A stretch of DNA of 64,000 nt from an uncultured SAR86 cluster bacterium (GTDB lineage: Bacteria > Pseudomonadota > Gammaproteobacteria > Magnimaribacterales > AG-339-G14). A model generated the notes under the pieces. The model ran no database searches and was not told the DNA's origin. It saw only the letters and a list, made by a program, of their open reading frames with translations. A program made the position numbers and the translations under genes. The number at the start of each line of letters is the position of its first letter. Position 1 is the first letter of the stretch. The stretch covers positions 1,187 to 65,186 of the forward strand of contig CACOBG010000004.1 of the NCBI GenBank assembly GCA_902625415.1, given 5' to 3'. Positions 47,456 to 57,571 of this stretch are shown here, in pieces.

Positions 47456-48375
47456 TGAAATACTTATTTTCTTTGATATTTTCTTTGAATATTATTTTTT
47501 ATATTTTTTTAATTTACAAACCCATTAATATCGAGTCAGATTTTTTGATTGAAGAAGGTAATAACTTAAGTGAGATTTTTACAAAGCTAGAAGATAAAAA
47601 AATATATTTTCCTAAAGCGATAAAACTAATCTTCAATGTTTCCGAAACAGATAAAAAACTTCATTTAGGGAAATATAATTTAGACAATAAAGATTCTTTG
47701 ATTGATATTTTTAAAAAAATTTATTTTGGGAAGATCATCTTAAAAAGATTTATTGTAGGTGAAGGATCAAAAATAACTGACTTATTTTCAAAAGAAACTA
47801 TAACGAGTTATTGTCAAACTGTGAATTTCCATAATGAGTGTGAATTAGAGGGCTATGTAAAACCAGACGTTTATTTCTATGACAGAGAAAGCGAATTATT
47901 GTCTGTATTAAATAAATCCATAGAAAAACAAATGATTGATTTAAATAAATCATGGAAAGAGCGTATAAGTAAATTAAACAACTATTCTAAAAAAGATATC
48001 TTAATCATTGCTTCTATTTTAGAAAAAGAATCTTGTGCAAACGAAAGAGAAAAAATATCAGGAGTCATTTATAACAGACTTAAAAACAATATGCTTCTCC
48101 AAATGGATTCAACAACAATATATGGTTTAAAAGATTTCAATGGTAACCTAAAGAAGAAAGATTTGAGAGATTCTTCCTTATATAATACTTATATGCACAA
48201 AGGATTACCTCCAGGCCCTATTTCCAATCCATCAAGAAACTCAATATTTGCAGCTGCTCAGCCCGAAGAGCATGATTATTTATACTTTGTTGCTAAAGAT
48301 AAATGTAGTCATGAATTTTCAACTAATTACGACGATCATCTGAAAGCAGTAAAAAAATATCAGTCACGCCAATAA
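47455..48375 (+). CDS. mltG: Endolytic murein transglycosylase MltG (YceG family)
   Basis: 306 aa, GTG start overlapping the fabF stop. N-terminal TM, ASILEKE, YNTYMHKGLPPGPISNP. Confidence 0.88.
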   Translation: MKYLFSLIFSLNIIFYIFLIYKPINIESDFLIEEGNNLSEIFTKLEDKKIYFPKAIKLIFNVSETDKKLHLGKYNLDNKDSLIDIFKKIYFGKIILKRFIVGEGSKITDLFSKETITSYCQTVNFHNECELEGYVKPDVYFYDRESELLSVLNKSIEKQMIDLNKSWKERISKLNNYSKKDILIIASILEKESCANEREKISGVIYNRLKNNMLLQMDSTTIYGLKDFNGNLKKKDLRDSSLYNTYMHKGLPPGPISNPSRNSIFAAAQPEEHDYLYFVAKDKCSHEFSTNYDDHLKAVKKYQSRQ

Positions 48376-48986
48376 TGTTTATTACTTTGGAGGGCAGTGA
48401 AGGAGCAGGCAAATCTACTCTGATAGAGCATTTAAAAAAATATTTTCTAGATAATGACTTAGAATTCATTTTTACGAAAGAACCTGGCGCAACAGAAGAG
48501 GGGGCAAAATTGAGAAAACTTCTTCTAGATAAAACTATAGAGCTAGATCCAATTTCTGAAACTTTTCTTCTCCTTGCAGATAGAATTGAACACGTCAGAA
48601 AAATTATTAATCCAGCTTTAGAAGAAAATAAAAACATTTTATCTGATAGATATTTAGATTCCACTTATGCTTACCAAGGAGCAGGAAGAAAAATTAACAA
48701 AGAAGAAATAGATAAACTTATAAAACCACTTAAATTTCCAGTACCAGATTTAACCATTTATTTAGATTTACCAGTTGAAGAAGGGCTTAGTAGAGCAAAA
48801 GGAAGAGATGGGCTAGATAGATTTGAAGAAGAAGAAATAGACTTTTTTGAAAGAATTAGAAATTCTTATCTTAAGCTTGCTCAAGAAGATTCAAAGCGAA
48901 TAGTCACAATAGATTCAACTAAAAGCGAAAAAGAAGTTTTTGAATTGGCAATAGAATATATAGAAAAAAAACTTAATGAAAGCTGA
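48375..48986 (+). CDS. tmk: Thymidylate kinase
   Basis: 203 aa. ITLEGSEGAGKST, DRYLDSTYAYQG. Confidence 0.95.
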   Translation: MFITLEGSEGAGKSTLIEHLKKYFLDNDLEFIFTKEPGATEEGAKLRKLLLDKTIELDPISETFLLLADRIEHVRKIINPALEENKNILSDRYLDSTYAYQGAGRKINKEEIDKLIKPLKFPVPDLTIYLDLPVEEGLSRAKGRDGLDRFEEEEIDFFERIRNSYLKLAQEDSKRIVTIDSTKSEKEVFELAIEYIEKKLNES

Positions 48987-49890
48987 TTTTTTTAATAAAG
49001 AATTCAATTTACATAATATTTCACATGCATACCTTTTTGAGTGCAAAGACTCTAATGAATCTCATGAGTTAACAGATAATTTCATTAAGAAAATTTTATG
49101 CACTTCCAATAAAGAAAAACCTATTTTTTGTGATGAATGTAAATCCTGTAAATCTTTCGATAGAAATTCAAATCCAGATTATTTACAAATATTTCCAGAT
49201 GATAAAGACAAGATAGGAATTGGATCTCTCAGAGGAGAATCCGATAAAAATCGAGGAATTATCAATGTTTTAAATGAGACTTCTCTAATTTCTAACGCAA
49301 AAGTAATCAAAATAAATTGTGCCGAAAAACTTAATGATGAGGCTCAAAATTACTTATTGAAGATATTAGAAGAGCCACCTAAAAATTCTCATATCATTAT
49401 GCTCTCTTCAAGACCTTTTAAATTAAAGAAAACTATTTTAAGTAGATTAATAAAAATAAATATTCAACAGACAGGATTAATGAATGAATTTAATGGTATA
49501 AAAATTGATCCATTATTTTCTGAAATTCTCCATAGAGAATATGATTTAGACGCAATGTCAGAGAAGGAATTTAATTTTTTATCGGATCTTTTTAAGAACA
49601 CTATTGAATCATTGGATGACTTAAACTTTTCAAAAGAAAGGATATTAGATACTTGGAATGATGATTATTTAAACTTTAGATTAAATGTCTTAAAGCAAAA
49701 TATTTTTCTGACAATTTTAGGGAAATTCAAAGAAACAAATAATAAAAATTTAGAAATAACTTCGTCACTTGGCGAAGAAAGACTTTTTTTATTTTTAGAA
49801 GAAATCATTTCTCTTCAGGCTTTGTTGGTAAATAAGGTACCTATAAATAAGAAAGTCCAATTAGACGCTATCTTTGATTTCATTCAGTGA
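48976..49890 (+). CDS. holB: DNA polymerase III delta' subunit
   Basis: 304 aa. HAYLF start, CDECKSCK zinc-module remnant, LLKILEEPP. Position after tmk. Confidence 0.85.
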   Translation: MKADFFNKEFNLHNISHAYLFECKDSNESHELTDNFIKKILCTSNKEKPIFCDECKSCKSFDRNSNPDYLQIFPDDKDKIGIGSLRGESDKNRGIINVLNETSLISNAKVIKINCAEKLNDEAQNYLLKILEEPPKNSHIIMLSSRPFKLKKTILSRLIKINIQQTGLMNEFNGIKIDPLFSEILHREYDLDAMSEKEFNFLSDLFKNTIESLDDLNFSKERILDTWNDDYLNFRLNVLKQNIFLTILGKFKETNNKNLEITSSLGEERLFLFLEEIISLQALLVNKVPINKKVQLDAIFDFIQ

Positions 49891-50559
49891 TTGATTTTTT
49901 TTATAAAAAACCAATATAGGAAAAGAAATTAAACATACTTGTATGTAAATTGCCAAGCTACTTGAAATAATTGTATAAGTTTGTGAAATTTGATTAACCT
50001 CCCCATAACTCCCAGAAATTGCAGACAAGATAGTAATGGTTAGTATTGTTATAAACCAAAAAAAGCCTGCCATGAGAACGCATTGAAAAAAGTTCAATTT
50101 TGATCTCTCCCAAGAAAGATTCAGGGAGTCAAGTATTGTTTTATTTTCTAAGATTGCAAAATAATTCACAAAGATAAGTAATCCAGCTATTAATACTCCT
50201 GGTACAACAAATAAAAGTAGGCCAATACCTATACAAAGGGTAGAAATTAAAGAAAGTATCAAAACTTTCAAAAGAAACTGCCATGAAATAGCGTAATAGA
50301 CCAAAACATCTCTATTGTTGTTCTCAATTAAGTCATTAGCTATGAAAATAGCAATAATAGTTAATAAAGGTGATATCAAAAAATTATTTGTCAACAACAG
50401 AAAAATATCAAAATTTGATATCCCTTCTGATAAGGTTGATGAAGAGCCAATACTTGCCAAAAAACCAAAAAGAAAAATTAATGGAAGAATCTTAATAGTA
50501 AAATTCATTCCAAATTTTTTGTAATACTCAAATCCTTTTGATATTGCTAGAAGTGTCAT
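49861..50559 (-). CDS. Hypothetical polytopic inner-membrane protein
   Basis: 232 aa, about 5-6 hydrophobic segments, no recognisable catalytic motif. Its 3' end overlaps the holB 3' end by 30 nt. Confidence 0.5.
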   Translation of the reverse strand: MTLLAISKGFEYYKKFGMNFTIKILPLIFLFGFLASIGSSSTLSEGISNFDIFLLLTNNFLISPLLTIIAIFIANDLIENNNRDVLVYYAISWQFLLKVLILSLISTLCIGIGLLLFVVPGVLIAGLLIFVNYFAILENKTILDSLNLSWERSKLNFFQCVLMAGFFWFITILTITILSAISGSYGEVNQISQTYTIISSSLAIYIQVCLISFPILVFYKKNQSLNEIKDSV

Positions 50560-50580
50560 AGAATTAATAAGAGGTTAATT

Positions 50581-50808
50581 ATGATAGAAATTTGGTCTAA
50601 ACCGCAATGTCCTTTTTGCGACAAAGCAGAAAATTTATGCAAACAAAAAAACTTCGAATATAAGAAATATATGCTTGACGTAGATTTCACTAGAGAGCAA
50701 ATGTTTGAAAAATTTCCTTCAGCAAGAACATTTCCTCAAATTACTGTTAATGGGGAATTAGTTGGTGGCTATACTGAATTTGAAGCAAAAGTAAGATCTG
50801 AAGAATAA
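50581..50808 (+). CDS. Glutaredoxin (dithiol, CPFC)
   Basis: 75 aa. SKPQCPFCDKA active site, TFPQITVNGELVGGY. Confidence 0.88.
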   Translation: MIEIWSKPQCPFCDKAENLCKQKNFEYKKYMLDVDFTREQMFEKFPSARTFPQITVNGELVGGYTEFEAKVRSEE

Positions 50809-52449
50809 TTGGAAACCCTAAACAACTATATTCTTTTAGTTGATAGCTACTTCGGAAGTGCTGCTTGGTTTCCTTTGCTTTTGCTCTCGGTAGGAATTTT
50901 TTTTACGGTATATTTAGGAGTTCCTCAATTTAAATATTTCCCGCGAGGATGGAGAATCCTATTTTCATCTGGAAAAGGTAACGAGGGACAAACGTCTCCC
51001 TTTCAAGCCTTAACTACAGCCTTATCAGGAACTGTTGGAACAGGAAACATTGGCGGAGTGGCAATGGCTATTTTTATAGGTGGCCCAGCAGCTTTATTTT
51101 GGATGTGGATTACAGCTTTTCTTGGGATGACTACTAAATTTGTTGAGGTCTCCTTATCTCATGCATATCGAGAAAAAAATAATTCTGGAGAAATATCAGG
51201 CGGTCCGATGATATACATGGAAAAAGGCTTAAATATGAAGTGGCTTGGAACGATCTTTGCCTTTTCTCTCCTAATAAGTACTTTTGGATCAGGAAATATG
51301 CCTCAGATAGATAATATTTCAAGCACCATTGAATCAAGCTTTGGAATAGATCCTTTAATGACTTCCATTGTAATGAGCTTATTAGTGGCTCTTGTAATCA
51401 TAGGAGGTATAAAAAGAATATCTACAATAGCAGCCTCAATAGTTCCATTAATGGCTTTTATATATTTAATAGGAGGATTGAGCGTTTTAATATTCAACTA
51501 TGAAAATATCATTCCTTCTTTTCAAATAATCATTCTTGATGTTTTTGAAGGTACTTCCGTTGTTGGAGGTTTTCTTGGAGCATCTTTCTCACTAGCCTTT
51601 ACTTATGGAGTTGCAAGAGGTTTGTATTCTAATGAAGCAGGCCAGGGATCTGCCCCAATTGCACATGCAACTTCAAGAACCAAACATTCGGTTGAAGAGG
51701 GATTCGTATCAATTTTAGAGCCATTCATAGATACAATTATAATCTGTACTTTAACTGGTTTAGTAATCCTTTCATCTGGAGTTTGGACAGAAAAATTCAA
51801 AAACAGTTTTGAAAGGACTTCAATGTACGTCGTAAATGGTTCTTTAGACGAAGCAAGAGATAGTAAAGATATCTTAAACTTCTTATCTGGTGAAAATTCA
51901 TCTTTAAAAAGCTTTTCCGGAGACCTAGAGATTATTTCAGGCAAAATTCAAAATAAGGTAACAATCCTTAATAATAGATCCATTGCAGAAGAAGTTTCTG
52001 TAAATAAAAACGGCTTTCCTTACACAGGAAAAATTAAAATCAATAATTCAGAGATCGATACCAATTATCAGTTTGTCGGTAAATCGCTTGTAAAATCTGC
52101 AGTTTTGACAAGTAAGGCATTCAATAAAGGATTTTTTGGAAGTTATGGCGAGTATATAGTATCTATTGGATTATTATTATTTGCCTTTTCTACAGTTATA
52201 ACATGGGCTTATTATGGTGATCGGTGTTCTGCCTATTTATTTGGAGAATCTTCAATAATCTACTACAGAGTTCTTTATATTTTAGCTTTCTTTATTGCCG
52301 GAAGCGGGTACATAGATACTGAAATAATATGGAATTTTGCATTGATTACTGTTGCTGCAAGCACATTGCCAAATTTAATTTCAATTTTTTTTCTTAGAAA
52401 AGAAATGAAGAGTCTTATCAATTCCTATAACAATAAAAAAAATGACTGA
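50809..52449 (+). CDS. Alanine/glycine:cation symporter (AGCS family)
   Basis: 546 aa, TTG start. SPFQALTTALSGTVGTGNIGGVA signature, SNEAGQGSAPIAHA. Contains an insertion of roughly 95 aa relative to remembered homologues. Confidence 0.88.
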   Translation: METLNNYILLVDSYFGSAAWFPLLLLSVGIFFTVYLGVPQFKYFPRGWRILFSSGKGNEGQTSPFQALTTALSGTVGTGNIGGVAMAIFIGGPAALFWMWITAFLGMTTKFVEVSLSHAYREKNNSGEISGGPMIYMEKGLNMKWLGTIFAFSLLISTFGSGNMPQIDNISSTIESSFGIDPLMTSIVMSLLVALVIIGGIKRISTIAASIVPLMAFIYLIGGLSVLIFNYENIIPSFQIIILDVFEGTSVVGGFLGASFSLAFTYGVARGLYSNEAGQGSAPIAHATSRTKHSVEEGFVSILEPFIDTIIICTLTGLVILSSGVWTEKFKNSFERTSMYVVNGSLDEARDSKDILNFLSGENSSLKSFSGDLEIISGKIQNKVTILNNRSIAEEVSVNKNGFPYTGKIKINNSEIDTNYQFVGKSLVKSAVLTSKAFNKGFFGSYGEYIVSIGLLLFAFSTVITWAYYGDRCSAYLFGESSIIYYRVLYILAFFIAGSGYIDTEIIWNFALITVAASTLPNLISIFFLRKEMKSLINSYNNKKND

Positions 52450-53530
52450 TGTTATCGTTATTGGTGGAGGTGTAATCGGATTAAGCATAGCACGTGAACT
52501 ATCTTCTTCAGGAAAAGAAACCATTGTTTTAGAAAAGAATGAAAGAGCAGGCGATGTAACCTCCTCGCGAAATTCCGGGGTAATACATGCAGGAATTTAC
52601 TATCCAGAAAATTTTTTAAAAACAAAGCTTTGTGTTCACGGAAACAGACTAATATATGAATACGCAAAACAGAAAAAAATTAATCACAAAAAATATGGAA
52701 AGTTCATTATCGCTTCAAATAAAACGGAACTTCTTAATTTAGAAGCAATATTTAATCAAGGGAAGAAAAATAACGTTGAAATAAGTAAAGTGGAAAAAGA
52801 AAAGGTTTTAGAAAATAATCCTGGGTTGATTTTCCTCGGTGCTCTCTATTCTCCAAGCTCAGGAGTAATTGATGTGCCGGAGTACGTAACCGCCCTAGAA
52901 GGGGATATTCAACATTCTGGAGGCCTAATTTCTTTGAGAACATCTTTCTTGAATGCAAAAAAAAAGAAAGATAAGTTCATCATTTCTTGTTTAGCTGAAG
53001 AAGAATTTACGATAGAAAGTAAATACTTGATCAATTGTAGTGGTTTAAGCAATGAACTCACTTTAAAAAACATTGAAGATTTTCCAGAAGATAAAATTTA
53101 TAAAAATTACTATGCGAAAGGTCATTATTTTAAATATTCAGGAAAATCTCCCTTTTCGAATTTGATTTATCCAGTCTCTGGACAACATAGCTTAGGAATT
53201 CATGTTGGTTTTGATCTTGCGGGCGGAATGAGATTTGGACCAGATGTAGAGTTTATAAATGAAATTGACTACAGCTTTAATGAATCATTAAAAAGTAAAT
53301 TTATTGAATCTATTTCTCAGTATTGGCCTGAAATAAATACAACTAAATTACATCCAGATTATACTGGGATTAGACCAAAGATTACTAAGCCAAATGAGAA
53401 AATGAAAGATTTTAGTATTCAAACTTTCGCTGACCATGGAATTAAGAACCTTATAAATTTACAGGGTATAGAAAGTCCTGGACTCACATCTTCTTTAGCT
53501 ATAGGAAAATTTGTTACGAATCTTTTATAG
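52442..53530 (+). CDS. FAD-dependent oxidoreductase (L-2-hydroxyglutarate oxidase/dehydrogenase-like)
   Basis: 362 aa. VIVIGGGVIGLSIAREL, SSRNSGVIHAGIYY. Specific substrate not determinable. Confidence 0.55.
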   Translation: MTDVIVIGGGVIGLSIARELSSSGKETIVLEKNERAGDVTSSRNSGVIHAGIYYPENFLKTKLCVHGNRLIYEYAKQKKINHKKYGKFIIASNKTELLNLEAIFNQGKKNNVEISKVEKEKVLENNPGLIFLGALYSPSSGVIDVPEYVTALEGDIQHSGGLISLRTSFLNAKKKKDKFIISCLAEEEFTIESKYLINCSGLSNELTLKNIEDFPEDKIYKNYYAKGHYFKYSGKSPFSNLIYPVSGQHSLGIHVGFDLAGGMRFGPDVEFINEIDYSFNESLKSKFIESISQYWPEINTTKLHPDYTGIRPKITKPNEKMKDFSIQTFADHGIKNLINLQGIESPGLTSSLAIGKFVTNLL

Positions 53531-55550
53531 AAAGAGTTCTTAGAAATCCAAGTTCTTCAGATGTCTCCTTGAAGGCTGCTAGTCGTCCACTTTTTCCAGC
53601 ATGTCCGCCGATCATATTCATTTTCAAGAGTATTGGATTATTAGAAGTACTATAGTCTCTTAATTTTGGAACATATTTTGCTGGTTCGTAATACTGGACT
53701 TGTGAATCATATAAACTAGAAGTCACTAATACCGAAGGGTATGGTTTATAGTCTATATTGTCATACGGAGAATATCTTTTGATGTAGGAATATTCTTTTT
53801 TCTTATTTGGATTTCCCCATTCTTTATATTCAAAAGTTGTTAAAGGAATACTTTCATCAGACATTGTTGTTAAAACATCTACAAAAGGAACTGCAGAAAC
53901 AATACCCTTGTATAATTTTGGTTCCATGTTGATGATCGCTCCCATCAGAAGACCTCCAGCACTTCCTCCCATGGCAAAGGTTTTATTTTTATTTCCTATA
54001 CCTTTATTCAGGAGTTTTTTTGTGCAATCTATAAAGTCAAAAAATGTATTCATTTTATTCATCATTCTTCCTTGGTCATACCAAGATCTTCCTAAGTCCT
54101 GACCTCCTCTAATATGAGCAATTGCAAATATAAAACCTTCTTCTATCAAAGGCATAAAAGATAATTTAAAAGAGGGTTCTACTATTAAGCCATAAGATCC
54201 ATAGCCATATTGTAATAAAGGAGCATTTTTTAAGTCTGTTCCTTTCTTATAAATTAAAGAAATAGGGATTTTGGTTTTATCCCTAGCAAGAATAGTTTCT
54301 CTTTTAATTTCATATCTATTTTCATTATGACCTATAAAATTTTGTTTCCAGATTTTTTTCCTTTTTTTTGTATACAAATTTTGCGAGTAAATTACAGGAG
54401 GAGACTTCAAACTTGAATAAATAAAAGAAAAGCTACGTGCGTCATAATTATTGTTTCCGGATAGACTAACCGCATACGTATTGTCTTTAAACTCTATGTA
54501 TTCTTTTTTATTGTTAATATCAACTTGAACCAGGAAGGGCAAACCCTGCCTTCTTATTTCCAGAATGATAAAGTCCTTGAAACATAAGAAATCTTCAATT
54601 AACTCATTTTTTTTATGCGAAACAAATAATTTCCAATGGGATTCTGCAGTTTTAGAGAAATTTGTTACATAAAGAGCAAAGTTTCCCTTTCTCTTTCTGT
54701 TGCTTAACACAAAAAATTTATCAGGAGTATCGTCAATATAATATAGATGATTATTTTTTCTTTTAAGAAAACATTTAAGTTTAAAATCTTCTTTTTCTAG
54801 ATTCAAATACCAAGTTTCATTAGATTCCGTTTTTGAAGACTGCAAAAATAAATATTTCTTCGTTCTGCTTAATGTAATACTTAAATTATATTCTTTGTCC
54901 TTTTCTTTAAAAATTAGCTTATCTTTTTTAACGTTAGTGCCTAATTTATGAAAAAATAAAGAATTAGTTATAAGCGTAATCGGATCTTTTTTTAAGTAAA
55001 AATATCCATCTGAATTCTTATTCCAAATAATATTCCCAGTGGATGAACATTTATTCTTTTCATAATTTTGGTTCTTTTTAATGTCTTTTATTACAATGGA
55101 AAATTCTCTTCTTCCATTAGTATCTTCTCCATAAGCAATATATCTGTGATTCCTAGAGGGATAAATCGCCGAAATATCATAGTATTTCTTATTCTTTGCC
55201 AATTTATTTACATCAAGCAGTAGTTTTTTTGATTTATTTTGAACTCTATAGTACTTGCGATACTCTTGAGAGAGCGATGATGTTGAGAAGTACTCAAACT
55301 CATCAATTTTTATTTTAATTCCTTCTTCAAAACTAGGAATTGCATTTTTGTAATATTTAAAGATTTCACCTGAATTTACTTTATTATCTTTAAACCAAAA
55401 TTCAGTATGTTTGTTTTCTTCATTTAAGTACCCAATGACTTCTTTATCTTTTCTAGAATCATCTCTTAACCAATAGTAATTATCTATTCTTGTATCATTA
55501 TGAGCTGTTAATTTTTTTGGTATTTTTTTTGGAAGAGGTATTTTTTTCAT
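53514..55550 (-). CDS. ptrB: Oligopeptidase B / prolyl oligopeptidase family S9A serine peptidase
   Basis: 678 aa. N-terminal beta-propeller region with DNYYWLRDD, catalytic GGSAGGLLMG, C-terminal GGHAG. Confidence 0.85.
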   Translation of the reverse strand: MKKIPLPKKIPKKLTAHNDTRIDNYYWLRDDSRKDKEVIGYLNEENKHTEFWFKDNKVNSGEIFKYYKNAIPSFEEGIKIKIDEFEYFSTSSLSQEYRKYYRVQNKSKKLLLDVNKLAKNKKYYDISAIYPSRNHRYIAYGEDTNGRREFSIVIKDIKKNQNYEKNKCSSTGNIIWNKNSDGYFYLKKDPITLITNSLFFHKLGTNVKKDKLIFKEKDKEYNLSITLSRTKKYLFLQSSKTESNETWYLNLEKEDFKLKCFLKRKNNHLYYIDDTPDKFFVLSNRKRKGNFALYVTNFSKTAESHWKLFVSHKKNELIEDFLCFKDFIILEIRRQGLPFLVQVDINNKKEYIEFKDNTYAVSLSGNNNYDARSFSFIYSSLKSPPVIYSQNLYTKKRKKIWKQNFIGHNENRYEIKRETILARDKTKIPISLIYKKGTDLKNAPLLQYGYGSYGLIVEPSFKLSFMPLIEEGFIFAIAHIRGGQDLGRSWYDQGRMMNKMNTFFDFIDCTKKLLNKGIGNKNKTFAMGGSAGGLLMGAIINMEPKLYKGIVSAVPFVDVLTTMSDESIPLTTFEYKEWGNPNKKKEYSYIKRYSPYDNIDYKPYPSVLVTSSLYDSQVQYYEPAKYVPKLRDYSTSNNPILLKMNMIGGHAGKSGRLAAFKETSEELGFLRTLSIKDS

Positions 55551-55663
55551 TAGAGATAAAAATTAATAAATATTTTACAACTTACGCTTATAGAAATTAT
55601 TCTTTCATAATTATTTTAGTACATTGCACTATTAAGGTACTCATAAGATAATCTTGTTTTATT

Positions 55664-57571
55664 ATGCAGTCTGATAACAATTTAACTAATGACCAAATAG
55701 ATTTAACAAGTTTAATATCTATTTTATTTGATAATTTTAATCTTATTCTTTCTATTTTCTTATCTTCTCTTTTAGCTATTACAATTTATTTTTTTTCTGC
55801 TGATAGTTTATATAGATCTAGCTCATTGTTGGAAGTAAAAGAAAATAATTCGTCTTTTTTTCCTGAAAGTTTTACGGAGGTTTCTGCGTTTTCACGTCAG
55901 AACGAATTAGAAGCAGAAATAGAAATTTATAGATCTGATTCCACTATAAAAGATGTTTTAGAAAAACTTCATAATCAAAATACTTATGACTCAGAAGAAC
56001 TCCCATCTGCTTCAGAGGTAAGAAAAAACTTAAGTATAGAAAATACATCAAAGTCTTTAATGAAAATAAATTTTATTTCTTATAATGAAAAATTGACAAA
56101 AGATTTGCTGGATTTATTCAATAGAGAGTTTATTGAGGATAGAAAAAATTTTTTTAGTGAATCAAGTGCTGCAGGCAAAAAATTCATTCAATCGGAAATT
56201 CCTAAGATAAAAGTTCTTCTAAGAGAATCTGAAGAAAAATTAAACAATTATAAAATTTCAACTAATGTTTCTGACGTAATTTTTGATACAAATACAAGAA
56301 ATTTTAAATTAGAAGAACTAAAGAATAGATATAATGAAATTATTTTCAAAGAACTTGAACTTAAAGAATTTTATAAAGAAAATCACCCAATCTATCTAAC
56401 TTTAACGGAGCAGAAAAACCTGGTTCTCTCTCAAATAGAGGAAATAGAAAAAGATCTGCCTTCAATACCAGGCACTCAAAGAGCATTAGAAAATTTAAAA
56501 AGAGAAGTAGAAATATATTCAGGAGCTCTGGGAGAATTATCTTCACAGGAATTAACATTAAGTATGGTCGAAGCATCTAGCCTGAGTAATGTAAGGATCA
56601 TAAATATGTCCTCAGAACCAGAAAAAATTTCTCCAAGGCTTACGATTTATATTTTTTGTTTATTAATAACTGTACTTGCTTATGGCGTTTTAGTTGTATT
56701 GCACTTTTTAGGTGACAAAATTACTCATTTTGATTCTTTGGTCGACTTTGTCAGCAAAGAAAAAATTATAGGAGAGTTACCCTTTATTGACAAAAAAAAA
56801 CCAGATAAAGCAGATATGTATTCCAGAGTTTCAGAAGAGTTACTAAATAAAACAGTTTATGAAATTACTCATAATCAAGAAGATATCAAATCTTTTTCAA
56901 TAATTAGTTCAAGAAAAGGTGAAGGCAAAACAGAAATTGCATCTCAATTATTCAATAAATTGAAACAAAAAAATAAAGTTTGTTTAATTGATTTAGATTA
57001 TAGAAAAAAGGGATTAACAAAGGAGTTAGCTCCTGATGCAAAATTCAAAAGTTTTAAAGAATTCAATGAGAATAAAAATAATTTTATGTCGGATAACGAC
57101 AGTCTTTTCGTACCATCTTTGGAGATTGATTCTCCAACAGACTTTTTTACTTCTGAAGAATTTTTAAAAGAGATATCTCAATTAAAAGAAAATTATGATT
57201 ATTTACTTTTTGATACTCCTCCTTGGAGATTGTTTGTAGATGCAAAAATTCTAAGTAAATACGTTGAAGGCCATATTTATGTTGTTGCTAGTCAGACTTC
57301 TACCTTTAAAGACATTGATCTTTTTTTAAAGGAAATTAATTCTGAGGAAAATGTATATTATTTTTATAATAAATTTTCACTATATTTCAATTTCCTTTGG
57401 TATAGATATCAGTATCCTTACTATTCTAGAAATTACTATTATGATTACCAAAACTACGGTGTAAGTACAAAAAAGTTTACAATTAGCAACTTTTTAGTAG
57501 AATCTGCCACTAAATTAAATAAAATGCTTTCAAAATGGGTAAAAAGTATTCTAGATCGTTTAAAACTTTAG
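55664..57571 (+). CDS. wzc: Polysaccharide co-polymerase / BY-type tyrosine autokinase (Wzc-like)
   Basis: 635 aa. N-terminal Wzz-type TM plus a coiled periplasmic region, second TM, Walker A SSRKGEGKTE, Walker A' VCLIDLDYRK, Walker B LLFDTPP, tyrosine cluster WYRYQYPYYSRNYYYDYQNYG. Confidence 0.8.
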   Translation: MQSDNNLTNDQIDLTSLISILFDNFNLILSIFLSSLLAITIYFFSADSLYRSSSLLEVKENNSSFFPESFTEVSAFSRQNELEAEIEIYRSDSTIKDVLEKLHNQNTYDSEELPSASEVRKNLSIENTSKSLMKINFISYNEKLTKDLLDLFNREFIEDRKNFFSESSAAGKKFIQSEIPKIKVLLRESEEKLNNYKISTNVSDVIFDTNTRNFKLEELKNRYNEIIFKELELKEFYKENHPIYLTLTEQKNLVLSQIEEIEKDLPSIPGTQRALENLKREVEIYSGALGELSSQELTLSMVEASSLSNVRIINMSSEPEKISPRLTIYIFCLLITVLAYGVLVVLHFLGDKITHFDSLVDFVSKEKIIGELPFIDKKKPDKADMYSRVSEELLNKTVYEITHNQEDIKSFSIISSRKGEGKTEIASQLFNKLKQKNKVCLIDLDYRKKGLTKELAPDAKFKSFKEFNENKNNFMSDNDSLFVPSLEIDSPTDFFTSEEFLKEISQLKENYDYLLFDTPPWRLFVDAKILSKYVEGHIYVVASQTSTFKDIDLFLKEINSEENVYYFYNKFSLYFNFLWYRYQYPYYSRNYYYDYQNYGVSTKKFTISNFLVESATKLNKMLSKWVKSILDRLKL

